From the NCBI GenBank assembly GCA_964016885.1, contig OZ024741.1, positions 345,588,001 to 345,652,000 of the forward strand: a DNA stretch of 64,000 bases, read 5' to 3'. Source of the stretch: Eledone cirrhosa (taxonomy: Eukaryota). The position numbers and the translations under genes are program-made. Of the stretch, positions 16,374-28,577 are shown in pieces. The notes beneath the pieces are model-generated. The model was not told the origin of the DNA. It saw nothing but the letters and a program-made list of their open reading frames with translations, and did not search any database. Position 1 is the first letter of the stretch; each line of letters begins with the position of its first letter.

Positions 16374-19300
16374 ATGGCTATGCTAAGAGTAGGCTGTTTA
16401 AATGCGCGTGGCCTGGGCTCAACTTGGAAGCAAGCAATGCTTCTAAATGACCTCAGGTCACAACGTATAGATGTGATGGTTATTTGCGAGGCCCGGATCA
16501 GCAACGTGCGACAGCTGGCCCCCACCTTTGATGACTTTGAGATGCACGCATCTCTCTGTCAGCCCGGAGGTGGGGGTGGAGTTGTCGTTCTGCTGCAAAA
16601 ACATCTGGGTCTCGCAACACAGATGGTACATTTGGACCCGGAGGGTCGACTAGTGGTTCTGGACCTTGGCAGTGGTAAAGGCGGAGCGTTTAGGTTGGTA
16701 GCCGCCTACGGCCCTTTCGGGTCAATGCGGCCGGACTTCTTCCATCGTCTGGAGACTTTTCTGGGGACGTCCCGCTCTTTGCTATTAGTGGGGGACTGGA
16801 ATGGTATCCTAGATGCACGCTGGGACTACGTAGGGGCCTGCCCCGATAGAGAGGGGTGTAATAGCCTCAAAGGGTTAATCGGTCGATTTGACCTGGCCGA
16901 TAGATATCGACTAGATTTTCCGACTGCGCCAACCTGGACTTGGGCAAATCGTAGCGGATCATCTAGGTCGTACCTAGATAGGTTCTTAGTTAGAATTAAG
17001 GATAAGGACTTTTTAAGTTGTCCAAAAATGCGCATGGTTGGCTATTCAGACCACAAATTAGTGACCTGCATGGTCAACCTTGACAGAACTCATAGACAGG
17101 GCCCCGGTTACTGGAAGCTCAACTTGTCCTTGCCGGCAAGTAGAGCCTACAGGAATCGGATTAGTACGTTAGTTAAGGAACGGTTGACTGGAGCGATCGT
17201 CAACAGCAGGTGGTGGGTATCTCTAAAGAGAGAGATTAGAGTAGTCTCGATAGAATTTAGTAAGGTTCTAGCTGCGGATAGGAATAGGAAGGAAAGGGAG
17301 CTAATAGATAGAGTAGAAGAGGCAATTAGAAGCGGCGACGTGGCCAGAGTGCTAGCGTCGAGAACGGCTTTGAGCCAGTTTTTCGACGCGAAGCACGAAG
17401 GCTGCGTTGTCCGAAGTAAAATACGTGCTCTAGGGAACGAGGGGACCAAAGCTGTTAGCTGGGCCCGCGTGACAGAGGCCAACAGTGGAACTAAATCCAC
17501 CATCCGGTCTTTGCGAGACCTGGATGGACGGGCGATTCTTGAGCCTAAGCAGATGTGTGAGGCCTTTCAAAGGCACTTTGCCCGACTGTTCGGGAGGGGC
17601 GGGGAGCCGGTTGGGAACGTGGACTTCGGTCCATACCTCGACTGCCTGCCGCGCCTCTCGGACAGGGAGGCGAAGTCCTGCGAGGAGCCGATTTCGGCCG
17701 CTGAGATAGAGGACGTGCTGAGCCAATGCGGCAAACGCAAATCCCCGGGTCTCGATGGTCTTCCTTACGAATTATATCTAGCTATGCCGGACTTGTTCCC
17801 CGATCTCCTCGAGGCGGTCTACTGCAACTGGCAACAGAATGGGAGAATTCCCTGTACTGTGACCAAGGGCGTAGTCACGCTAATGAGGAAGGACGAGAAC
17901 AAGGGGGACGAAATAAGTAACTTCAGGCCCATAACTCTGCTAAATACAGAGTTACAGATTTTGGCCAAGGTGCTAGCAAAGAGGTTGGCGCTTGTCGTGG
18001 GCAACCTGGTGGGAGATGCGCAGACATGCGCTATCCCGTCCAGGTCCATCCATGACAACCTCCACCTCATGCGATACATCATAGAGAGGGTTGGGAACGA
18101 ACCCGGCTTTGGTGGGGCTCTGATCAACTTGGATCAATCTAAGGCGTTCGATAGGGTCGACCATGGTTACCTGGATGCGGTGCTAGCGGCGGCAGGCTTC
18201 GGACCCGTTTTCAGGGGCTGGATCACTGCTATGCACAGCAGCCGCATCTGCTCTAGGGTCAAGGTGAACGGCTACCTCTCGGAGCCGTTCAAAATCGCGC
18301 GGTCCATCCGACAGGGGTGCCCTCTCTCCTCCCTTCTGTATGTGTTGACTCTCGAGCCACTACTGCGGAAGTTGGAGTTGTTGCAGGGCATCCCTTTGGA
18401 ACCGGGATTGCGGAAAGCGGTGTCGGCCTACGCCGATGACGTGACAGTAATGGTGTCGACGGCCTCCGAAATCGAGGCGGTCGGCACCTTACTGGAGGAG
18501 TACGAAAAGTTCACAGGGGCTAAGCTGAACCGGGACAAGTCGATCGGTTTGCAACTCGGCACGTGGAGGGGCAGACCGATGCCCTCCGATGGCGTCGTCG
18601 GACGCTGGACGGAGGGCCCGGTGAAGTTGCTCGGGGTCTGGTTCGGACCGGACCTCCAGGTGGAGAAAAACTGGGCGGAGGTTACGAACAGGGTGTTTGC
18701 ACTGACCCAGAAGTGGGCCAGTTGCAAACTATCCCTGAAAGGTCGGGCGGAGGTGGCGAACACCTACATAGCGTCCGTCATCTACTACCGCCTGACCGTA
18801 GTGCCCTGCCCAAGGGAAACCCTCACCAAGATGGAGCGCGCGCTCTTCCAATTCCTTTGGAAGAGGCGGGCTCCTATGGTGAGGAGATCCATCTGCTGTC
18901 AACACCCTTCGAAAGGAGGGCTGGGGATGCCGTGGCTAATGATGCGTAAACACGCATTAAGGCTACGGCACCTCTACGTATTCCTCACCGGACAACCGGT
19001 GTGGGCCTCGTTTGTGAGGCGAACCTTTCCCAGACTCGTCTCACTCACCGAGCTGCAATCCTGGGTCAAGCAAAGACCGAGAAAACTGGGCGCCTGGCAC
19101 ACTGAGTGTGCCCAGGCGCTCACCGCCCTCTGGCAGGCGGATCCGGTTATCAGTGGAGACTCCACCGCAACATTCTATAGAGGGCTGGTACGCAGCAGGT
19201 GCGACGACGCCCTCGGAGAAGCCCTAGACATGGAGGAGGACGAACTGGCCAGCCTGTTCGGTAGGACATTCAGCCCGGGACCTATGGACAACTTCCAGAA

Positions 19301-19811
19301 GTCCCTGGCCTGGCAGTGCTACCGAGGGGCTTTACCCGTTCGAGAAAGGCTCTACAGACACGGGCGCCCGGGTAGGGACCCCGCCAAAAAGATCTGTCCC
19401 AGATGCGTGTGCGACGAGGAAACCGTTGCACACGCATTGGTACACTGCTCGGGCGTAGCCGATCTGTGGGGCTATGTCGAACAACTGCTGTCAAGGGTGG
19501 AACCGATCCGGTTGACCACCGAGTCTATTGTAATGATCAAGCCGCCTCCCCCCTTCAAAGATGAAGCAGAGGCGGTGTTTCTGTGCGTAATAGCCATGGC
19601 GAAAGAGGTTGTATGGTGGACGCGTCTGAAAGGACTGAGGTCAGGCACCTTTCTCTCTGGCCAACAACTGGTCCGTTTCTTCCGATATCATTTCGGAAGA
19701 AGGAGCAGGATGGAGAGAGAGGTGCTGCACCCCAGCCGTTTCTATGAAAGATGGGTGAAAGTGGCGAGAATGGCCCGTGTGAATGGGCCTTCACTCTACA
19801 TCAGACAATAG
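16374..19811 (+). CDS. Tx1 ORF2: APE endonuclease, reverse transcriptase and C-terminal Cys motif
   Basis: CLNARGL, VGDWNG, SYLDRFL, SDHK; KSPGLDG, LDQSKAFDRV, QGCPLS, YADD; CPRC..EETVAHALVHC. First ATG at 16374. Confidence 0.95.
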   Translation: MAMLRVGCLNARGLGSTWKQAMLLNDLRSQRIDVMVICEARISNVRQLAPTFDDFEMHASLCQPGGGGGVVVLLQKHLGLATQMVHLDPEGRLVVLDLGSGKGGAFRLVAAYGPFGSMRPDFFHRLETFLGTSRSLLLVGDWNGILDARWDYVGACPDREGCNSLKGLIGRFDLADRYRLDFPTAPTWTWANRSGSSRSYLDRFLVRIKDKDFLSCPKMRMVGYSDHKLVTCMVNLDRTHRQGPGYWKLNLSLPASRAYRNRISTLVKERLTGAIVNSRWWVSLKREIRVVSIEFSKVLAADRNRKERELIDRVEEAIRSGDVARVLASRTALSQFFDAKHEGCVVRSKIRALGNEGTKAVSWARVTEANSGTKSTIRSLRDLDGRAILEPKQMCEAFQRHFARLFGRGGEPVGNVDFGPYLDCLPRLSDREAKSCEEPISAAEIEDVLSQCGKRKSPGLDGLPYELYLAMPDLFPDLLEAVYCNWQQNGRIPCTVTKGVVTLMRKDENKGDEISNFRPITLLNTELQILAKVLAKRLALVVGNLVGDAQTCAIPSRSIHDNLHLMRYIIERVGNEPGFGGALINLDQSKAFDRVDHGYLDAVLAAAGFGPVFRGWITAMHSSRICSRVKVNGYLSEPFKIARSIRQGCPLSSLLYVLTLEPLLRKLELLQGIPLEPGLRKAVSAYADDVTVMVSTASEIEAVGTLLEEYEKFTGAKLNRDKSIGLQLGTWRGRPMPSDGVVGRWTEGPVKLLGVWFGPDLQVEKNWAEVTNRVFALTQKWASCKLSLKGRAEVANTYIASVIYYRLTVVPCPRETLTKMERALFQFLWKRRAPMVRRSICCQHPSKGGLGMPWLMMRKHALRLRHLYVFLTGQPVWASFVRRTFPRLVSLTELQSWVKQRPRKLGAWHTECAQALTALWQADPVISGDSTATFYRGLVRSRCDDALGEALDMEEDELASLFGRTFSPGPMDNFQKSLAWQCYRGALPVRERLYRHGRPGRDPAKKICPRCVCDEETVAHALVHCSGVADLWGYVEQLLSRVEPIRLTTESIVMIKPPPPFKDEAEAVFLCVIAMAKEVVWWTRLKGLRSGTFLSGQQLVRFFRYHFGRRSRMEREVLHPSRFYERWVKVARMARVNGPSLYIRQ

Positions 19812-20075
19812 GTGAGGAAGATGAAAGACCAAGGGAGCACCCCTTCTCTGTGCTCCTGAGGAGAAGGGTTGCACACTTTTTTCGGGGGTGTGTGCGACCC
19901 CCCAAGGCGCCTCCTCTCTATTGAGGATTTTGTTAAAAATTTTATTTTTTGTTATATCTTATTTTATTTTTATATTTTGTTATTGCCTCCTCCTTATTGA
20001 GGACGCCTTTTTGTGTAAACTCCCCCCTTTGTACTTGTCCCACTTTTGATGCCCTAGTGGCAAATAAAAGAAATA

Positions 20076-20115
<40 letters not shown>

Positions 20116-20493
20116 CATCTATCTATCTATCTATCTATCTATCTATTTCTCTCTCTTGTGTCTCCCCTTTCACACTTTCTCCCTTTATATTTCCTTTTCC
20201 CCTCTCTAGTTATTCAACCAAACATCTTTGCCCGTGTGTTTATCAATCATTCAATTTATCCTATATATTTGTCTATCTCTATCTGCGCACGCATTCGGTA
20301 GAATGCAGATGACTCGTCTAGAGTTGGTAGATAACGGCACACATACACACGCTACTTAAATGTATATATCTAAGTACAATCATGTGTATATGCATGAGTT
20401 CATATAAGTATGCACATACGAGCATGCAAATAGAAACATACAAATAGAAACATGCGTATACCCACCCTCCTCAACATAACTGACCATATATAT

Positions 20494-20697
20494 ATAACAA
20501 AGGAATTGTGGTAAGGAACCAGATGGACATAACGCACCAGAGTACTCAATACTTAGGGTAGTAGAGTGGGAAATAGGAATAAGTATGACCCCGACGGCAG
20601 AGCTCAAGCCGTTTCGACGGCTATTTCTGGAATAGCCGTTGAAATAGCCGTTGAAACGGCTTGGGCTCTGTCGTCGGGGTCATACTTATTCCTAAAT
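20494..20697 (-). mobile_element. Short PLE-type terminus family, fold-back copy
   Basis: Minus-strand copy with an inverted arm (TAGGAATAAGTATGACCCCGACGG...GTCGTCGGGGTCATACTTATTCCTA). Confidence 0.75.
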
Positions 20698-20710
20698 ATA
20701 TATATATATA

Positions 20711-21045
20711 TACGATATATTAACAAATGGAAACTATACTTATAAAACCATATTTATTTCATTATACATATTTCAAGGACACCAAGTTAAATTATGGTGT
20801 GCTTTCATCAGATAAAATATAATATAGAGCAGTTTTATAAATAAACATTGACATATCCTTAAAGAATGCGACTATTTCTGTTGGTCGCATTCTTTAAGGG
20901 TATGTCAATGTTTGTTTATAAAACTGATCTATATTATATTTTATCTGATGAAAGCACACCATAATTTAACTTGGTGTCCTTGAAATATGTATAATGAAAT
21001 AAATATGGTTTTATAAGTATAGTTTCCATTTGTTAATATATCGTA
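20711..21045. repeat. ~335-bp fold-back palindrome with HHR (plus strand 20938-21000)
   Basis: attttat-CTGATGA-aagcacacca..tggtgtcctt-GAAA-TATGTA-TA-atgaaat; arms reverse-complementary around ~20877. Confidence 0.85.
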
Positions 21046-21118
21046 TTTTTAATATATCGTATTTTTACTCCAAAATATTTGCTTGTTGTATCCCAACAAT
21101 TTAAATAGAACTTCTACA

Positions 21119-21173
<55 letters not shown>

Positions 21174-21517
21174 TAAACATGTTTTAACGGTTTGTTCTCC
21201 TTTATATACTTCTCCAGATATATATATATATATGCTGTCTTTTTCTCCTCGTCAAAATTCGCCTGTTCTTATGTTCGAAATGAATTATTGACTTGATATT
21301 TTTCCTTTTTTCCCTCTCTTTACGTTGCTTCATCCATCGTGTCTGTTCACTTGTCTTTTTCTTTCGCCACCCACTTCTTTTTATCCCAATAACTTATTTT
21401 AGTTATTGAATCGCCCTAGGCTGAGGTATCTTGTCGCGAAGAAATGCCTATGATGCCTAGCAGACAACTGATGACGGATAATCCTAACTTCTAATTTCTA
21501 ATTTTTCATTATATATG

Positions 21518-21600
<83 letters not shown>

Positions 21601-21651
21601 AACGAGTAGGACCCCGGCGGCTGAGCTCAAGCCGTTTCGACGGCTAGTTCT

Positions 21652-21743
<92 letters not shown>

Positions 21744-21768
21744 GTATACGTATATGTATATATATGTA

Positions 21769-21826
<58 letters not shown>

Positions 21827-21852
21827 CATATATATATATATATATATGTATG

Positions 21853-22044
<192 letters not shown>

Positions 22045-22062
22045 TATGTATATTTATATATA

Positions 22063-22200
22063 TAGGAACAAGTGAGACCCCGACGGCTGAGCTCAGCCGT
22101 CGGGGTCTCACTTGTTCCTATTACCCACTCTACTACCCTAAGTATTGAGTACTTTGGTGCGTTATGGTCCACCTGGTTCCTTACCACATTTCCTTCGTTA
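22063..22200 (+). mobile_element. Short PLE-type terminus family: perfect 58-bp palindrome plus ~80-bp tail
   Basis: 22063-22120 is self-complementary around GAGCTC; an isolated related arm lies at 21597-21655. Confidence 0.8.
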
Positions 22201-22210
22201 TTTATATATT

Positions 22211-22362
<152 letters not shown>

Positions 22363-22475
22363 AGTTGAAAAAAATGAAAACGAAATTTCATTTCTCACTC
22401 TTAGTATGGCGCTTACTTAAATGTAAGTATGTATGTATACGTACATACATATATGTATACAGACGCACAGTAGCA

Positions 22476-22529
<54 letters not shown>

Positions 22530-22530
<1 letters not shown>

Positions 22531-23828
22531 GTCCGCGCATTGCCTGGAGACTTAACTGAGAATAGACTTCCTGATGACGCAATGAATTCTCGACAGTTGG
22601 ATTACGTAACTGTCTTTATCCCATTGCAGAAACTAATTAGTTGGAGTGAAAATTTAAGTAAGAAAAAAATTTTTTTAAATTTTTTTTTTAAAAAAATATT
22701 TTCTTATTTTACGTCCTTTATATTATTGTTCTGCATTCTCCTGCATTGAACCACCTAGGTACTATGACATAACCTGTGTATTTGCTGGCATGGGCGTGCA
22801 TCTGTGCGCTTATGTTAGTTGATATATTAAATTATCTATATTTATCTCCAAATCACTGATTTGTCGAGCAAACTTGTCAAAACCACTTCTAAAAAATTTT
22901 TTTGGGGTGTTAGTAGGCGTCAGTCATCTTACCATCCCATTCCTTCTAACTAGCCTCTGTGTCACGTGATTGATTCTTTAGAATCGGCCATTTGACTTGA
23001 AGCAGTGAGAATTTCGGTACATAGAATCTAGTCCTCGCAAGCTGTTCGATCTACCGAATTATTATTATTTTTATATGAGCCGCCAGTGTCCGCGCATTGC
23101 CTGGAGACTTAACTGAGAATAGACTTCCTGATGACGCAATGAATTCTCGACAGTTGGATTACGTAACTGTCTTTATCCCATTGCAGAAACTAATTAGTTG
23201 GAGTGAAAATTTAAGTAAGAAAAAAATTTTTTTAAATTTTTTTTTTAAAAAAATATTTTCTTATTTTACGTCCTTTATATTATTGTTCTGCATTCTCCTG
23301 CATTGAACCACCTAGGTACTATGACATAACCTGTGTATTTGCTGGCATGGGCGTGCATCTGTGCGCTTATGTTAGTTGATATATTAAATTATCTATATTT
23401 ATCTCCAAATCACTGATTTGTCGAGCAAACTTGTCAAAACCACTTCTAAAAAATTTTTTTGGGGTGTTAGTAGGCGTCAGTCATCTTACCATCCCATTCC
23501 TTCTAACTAGCCTCTGTGTCACGTGATTGATTCTTTAGAATCGGCCATTTGACTTGAAGCAGTGAGAATTTCGGTACATAGAATCTAGTCCTCGCAAGCT
23601 GTTCGATCTACCGAATTATTATTATTTTTATATGAGCCGCCAGTGTCCGCGCATTGCCTGGAGACTTAACTGAGAATAGACTTCCTGATGACGCAATGAA
23701 TTCTCGACAGTTGGATTACGTAACTGTCTTTATCCCATTGCAGAAACTAATTAGTTGGAGTGAAAAATTTAAGTAAGAAAAAAATTTTTTTAAATTTTTT
23801 TTAAAAAAATATTTTCTTATTTTACGTC

Positions 23829-23833
<5 letters not shown>
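22530..23833 (+). mobile_element. Retrozyme-like tandem array: 2.3 units of 557 bp with three HHRs
   Basis: CTGATGA at 22571, 23128 and 23685; acttc-CTGATGA-cgcaatg..gacagtt/aactgtc..cattgca-GAAAC-TAATTA-GTT-ggagt; (TA)n on both flanks. Confidence 0.9.
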
Positions 23834-23869
<36 letters not shown>

Positions 23870-24258
23870 CATACACATATATGCACACAGGTACACATAC
23901 ATATATGCACGCATCAGTTTAGCCGACGTTTATTATAACGCAGCTTTGTTCGTTTGTTTGTCAACAAACAGAACAGCCTGAATTTATGCCATACGGTGTT
24001 AAGGCAACCACGTCACCTTTTTGTTCAACACTGACACAGGAACGATGTACTAGTTTCAAGCTTGTTAGCTATCATCAGCACCGTTTACCCATCTGCCAGA
24101 TAGTTGAACGTTCGAAAGTATATACTTTCCTTATGAAAATTAACGGCTGAGCAGCCTAATTTGCATATTGAGTGAGTTAAATCGGTCAGGCATACCGAAA
24201 ACGATAAGTATATATAACGATATATATATATATTTATATTTATATATATATATGTATA

Positions 24259-24373
<115 letters not shown>

Positions 24374-24464
24374 TGCTAAATGCATGTTAGTTTGTTCGTG
24401 CTTTCTTGATTAAAATGCATAACACTCATAAAACCATATATATTATTATTATTATTGTTTACAA

Positions 24465-24640
24465 GGACGGTGGATTGGCAGTATGCTTTGACGTATAGAG
24501 TTACGTCCTTTGCCTTTCTGAGTTCAAATCTCGCCGAGGTTAACTTTGCCTTTCATCCTTACGGGGTCGATAAAATAAAGTACCAGTAATGCACTGGGTA
24601 ATTGTTGGCCTTGTGCCAAACAGAAACAATTATTATTATT
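24465..24640 (+). mobile_element. tRNA-derived SINE
   Basis: B box GAGTTCAAATC, core GCCTTTCATCCTTACGGGGTCGATAAAATAAAGTACCAG (Meta-domain-like), (TTA)n tail. Confidence 0.85.
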
Positions 24641-24809
24641 TACAATTTTTGTAGTCTTCTAATGTTTGAAGAAATTATTCATATACTAGCTCAATTCGCA
24701 AATAAAACTGACACCATTGCTCCATAATTTAACTTGTCTGCCTTTGGGCTGTAGATAACTACCACTGCTAGATATATATTTTCCCAACTACATCGTATTC
24801 AAATGCTAA

Positions 24810-25095
24810 AAACACAATGCCTTCTACATCCCCCAAAAAACTTAGGCCTTCACATTCTCTGCAAATGAAACGACCTTGGTTTATTTTGGAGCAGGTGAGG
24901 AGGGGCGTTTTAACTGCATAGATTGTTTCTTTGCCTCTGGTTCAAAGTGATGAACCCAACACTCATCTTGGATTAGGAAACGTCCAAAGAAACCATCGTA
25001 TCTGCTCAAACAACATCAGATTTTCCCGTGATGTGATTAACCAGTTGTGCTTTTGATCACTTCATTGTGCAGAATATTTTCAACTCTCTCACGGT
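24810..25095 (-). pseudogene. Mariner transposase relic
   Basis: GRFLIQDECWVHHFEPEAKKQSMQ..PSSPAPK*TKVVS...VFGDVEGIVF with stops and frameshifts. Confidence 0.75.
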
Positions 25096-25134
25096 ATATG
25101 CTATTAGCATTGGCTATTTGATTTAGAGTCAATT

Positions 25135-25224
<90 letters not shown>

Positions 25225-25228
<4 letters not shown>

Positions 25229-25616
25229 GTTGGTCCTTGTTTTTCAACTTTCTAAAGGTTTAGCTCCCACACCATTATCTTGTTCCAATTAACAACAAAC
25301 CAATCTATGCAAAACTTTAGCTCAAGCGACCAACTGCAAGGAGACCCTCATCGACCGTGAAATTTTGAAGATTTCGCCCGGGAAGTCATTTATTCAGATA
25401 AAAAATGTTTATCTCATATAATTTTCTCTTAAATTAAAAACTTTTTTTTTTACTTATTTTTGGTATTAGAAAGATAAGTGACAATAAATATAATGGGGAA
25501 GGCAACTTGCAAAGTTGGGGACAGAGCACCGGTATAGGGCAAACACCTATTTTTCGCTGTGGAAGCAGCAACATTTTAACTTTCGGAAAATTATCTATTG
25601 CTAAGGGCCACCCTAA
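25225..25616. mobile_element. Non-autonomous DNA transposon (hATm-like TIRs)
   Basis: TTAGGTTGGTCCTT ... AAGGGCCACCCTAA terminal inverted repeats; the same right end recurs at 27965-28000. Confidence 0.55.
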
Positions 25617-25700
25617 TATGCATGTATCCGTATGTGGTTGACAGCTGAGAGAAATGAGTACTCGGTATTGAGAAATATGTATACATATACATCTATATAC

Positions 25701-25751
<51 letters not shown>

Positions 25752-25818
25752 CAAATAACGAAACGAAATTAAACTTCGTTTCGTTTGTAACTCACTTTTG
25801 TATGACTGACGCTTAAAC

Positions 25819-26255
25819 AATTAAGTTAAAGATGTACATCCATATATGTATACTGAAATACTAGTATGTATATGAATACACACACGTATACATATGTAGA
25901 TGTACCAAGTTTTTTCACTGGTCACTTTACTGTGAGTGGCCAGCTATTCTGTATGTAAACACACAGACAAACCGGTTTTTAGAGTCATACTGGTTTTTGA
26001 GGAAAGGAGTTGTAACAACAACGAAACTAGTTCAATATTCCTTGTCTGGCTTTCTGGAGAATAGAGGAAAGGTGTTTCCTCAAAAACCAGTATGACTCTA
26101 AAAACCGGTTTGTCTGTGTGTTTACATACAGAATAGCTGGCCACTCACAGTAAAGTGACCAGTGAAAAAACTTGGTACATCTACATATGTATACGTGTGT
26201 GTATTCATATACATACTAGTATTTCAGTATACATATATGGATGTACATCTTTAAC

Positions 26256-26261
<6 letters not shown>
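25819..26261. repeat. 187-bp perfect inverted repeat with ~70-bp spacer, ending at (TA)n; degenerate HHR-like core
   Basis: 25819-26005 / 26075-26261; CTGGAGA-a-tagag..ctcta-AAAAC-CG-GTT. Confidence 0.85.
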
Positions 26262-26307
<46 letters not shown>

Positions 26308-26310
<3 letters not shown>

Positions 26311-26458
26311 TGGTAACGCAACAGTTAGTTCACCATATCGAGAACAATTGTTTCACCTTAGCAGATCTTCAGCCGGTAATAGTCCATTACGAGCTGAAGA
26401 TCCGCTAAGGTGAAACAATTGTTCTCGATATGGTGAAATAACTGTTGTGTTACCACTT
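26308..26458 (+). ncRNA. Fold-back palindrome with minimal HHR (26390-26427)
   Basis: cgag-CTGAAGA-tccgctaaggt-GAAAC-AATT-GTT-ctcg; AACAATTGTT palindrome. Confidence 0.8.
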
Positions 26459-26535
26459 CTACCTAACTCGTCCCATGGACTGAGTGCTCTACCACTACGG
26501 ATATTACCTTCCAGTGTTCTCTCTCTCTCTCTCTC

Positions 26536-26587
<52 letters not shown>

Positions 26588-26934
26588 CTCCCCTTACTAT
26601 CCTTGCTTTCATATTTCTCCTTGCTCCCCTTTTCTCGTTGTATTTGTATATAAACAGATACATATGTGCAAGAAGGAAGAGAGAGAAAAGGAGAGTGAGG
26701 AGAAAAGGAGAGCAAGGATAAAAAGGGAACAAGGAGAGGAATGAGAAAAGGAGAGCAAAGAGAGGAAGGAGAAAACAAGAGGAAGGAGAAAACGAGAGCA
26801 AGGAGAGCAACGGGAAAAGGAGAACAAGGAGAGGAAGGAGAGCAATGAGAGCAATGAGAAAAGAAGAACAAGGAGAAAAGGAGAGCAAGGAGAGGAAGAA
26901 GAAAAGGAGAGCAATGAGAAAAGGAGAGCAAGGA

Positions 26935-27363
26935 GAGGTTAAGGCAAATATTGCTCAAGTTATGCTGGAAGCAGACAAAGGTGAAGAAGAGGAAGAATAA
27001 AAAAATCAACTGAAGAGTTACATTCTGCACCAAAATGACTTTTCTTCCTTTATAAACATCGAGTTTTCGTCTTTTGTAACTCCTGGTACCAAAACTTTCT
27101 TCGCGAGATTTTCTATCAGCACCGATTTCCTCGACAAATATCCGTCAACATGGAAGGATGATCCTGGTTACAAAAGTGGACTTGAAAAACTTGAGAAGAC
27201 AGTTGTTGTGAATGATGTTGCAGAAAGAGGTGTCAAACTCATTCAGGATTACAATTACATTCTCACAAAAAATGAAACTGAGAAACAATTTGTTTTACAG
27301 ATCGTTACCGAAAACCACAAAACATACCCAACTGCCACTAAATCCTCTCTTATGCAAAAATAA
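26935..27363 (+). pseudogene. C-terminal fragment of a hATm-like transposase
   Basis: TFFARFSISTDFLDKYPSTWKDD...VVVNDVAERGVKLIQDYNYILTKNETEKQFVLQIV; one internal TAA. Confidence 0.7.
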
Positions 27364-27752
27364 TTGTTTCTACTTTTGACGCAAGGCCAGCAATTACACA
27401 GTGTATTACTGGTATTTTATTTTATCGACCCCGTAAGGATGAAAGGCAAAGTTAACATCGGCGGGATTTGAACTCAGGCCATAAAGGACCGTAACTCTAT
27501 GCTGCAAACCATGGTGTCCGACTCTCTACCGATACTGCCAATCCACCGCCCTTATGCAAAAATAATGGTTTCTTATATAGACACAAGGCAAGCAATTTTG
27601 GGGAGGGGAAAGTCGATTAATTCGACCCCAGTGCGTGACTGGTACTTTATTTTATCGACCCCGTAAGGATGAAAGGCAAAGTTAACCTCGGTGTGATTTG
27701 AAATCAGAATGGCAAGGGACGTAACTCTACCGATACTGCCAATCCACCGCCC
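27362..27752 (-). mobile_element. Two tandem tRNA-derived SINE copies
   Basis: Reverse complement of the SINE core and A/B boxes. Confidence 0.85.
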
Positions 27753-27758
27753 TTATGC

Positions 27759-28236
27759 AAAAATAATGTTGAATATTTAGTGTTCAGTGTTCACATTATG
27801 TTTTTGATTCTATAGAAATTATTGTTGTAAATATAAATGCGACTTATAGAAGTTGTGTGCTTTATTAAGAAAACCTAATATTTCTTAAGTTTTTCATGTT
27901 ATTTCAGGAATTTTTCAAATTAACTATTGGTAAATTTGATTCAGAACATTTTAAAACATTTGCTGGGTGGCCCTTAGCAAGAGGTAATTTTCCGAAAGGC
28001 AAATTTTCCGAAAGGAAAATTTTCCGAAAGGCAAATGTTTAAAAATGTTCTGAATCAAATTTACCAATAGTAAATTTGAAAAATTCCTGAAATAACATGA
28101 AAAACTTAAGAAATATTAGGTTTTCTTAACAACTTAACACAACTTCTATAAGTCGCATTTATATTTACAACAATTATTTCTATAGAATCAAAAACATAAT
28201 GTGAACACTGAACACTAAATATTCAACATTATTTTT
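27759..28236. repeat. ~205-bp inverted duplication with a hATm-like TIR in the spacer
   Basis: 27759-27963 / 28031-28236; spacer GGGTGGCCCTTAGCAA plus (AATTTTCCGAAAGG)x3. Confidence 0.85.
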
Positions 28237-28438
28237 ACCTTTCATCCTTACGGGGTCGATAAAATAAAGTACCAGTAATGCGCTGGATAATTGCTGGCCT
28301 TGTGCCTAAAGTAGAAACAATTATTTTTACCAGTAATACACTGGGTAATTGCTGGCCTTGTGCCTAAAGTAGAAACAATTATTTTTAAATCCCGCCGAGG
28401 TTAACTTTGCCTTTCATACTTACGGGGTCATTTTGCAT

Positions 28439-28502
<64 letters not shown>

Positions 28503-28520
28503 TCTCCCTCTCTCTCTCTC

Positions 28521-28577
<57 letters not shown>

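Larger units (their letters stand above)
14338..20072 (+). mobile_element. Full-length intact Tx1-clade (L1 group) LINE inserted in (TATC)n
   Basis: 5' UTR, ORF1, ORF2 and 3' UTR with AATAAA; (TATC)n directly on both sides. Confidence 0.92.

Noticed and set aside
21412-21490. CTGAGGT..GAAA and CTGATGA-gga/tcc HHR-like pieces
   Set aside because: The core is incomplete (no proper G8A9 or GAAA..UH together); too degenerate to call.
22540-23306. Identical 69-aa ORFs in the 557-bp repeat (and duplicated ORFs at 9411/10133)
   Set aside because: Non-ATG starts, they run through the ribozyme and A/T tracts, and they have no recognisable domain; they are by-products of the repeat.
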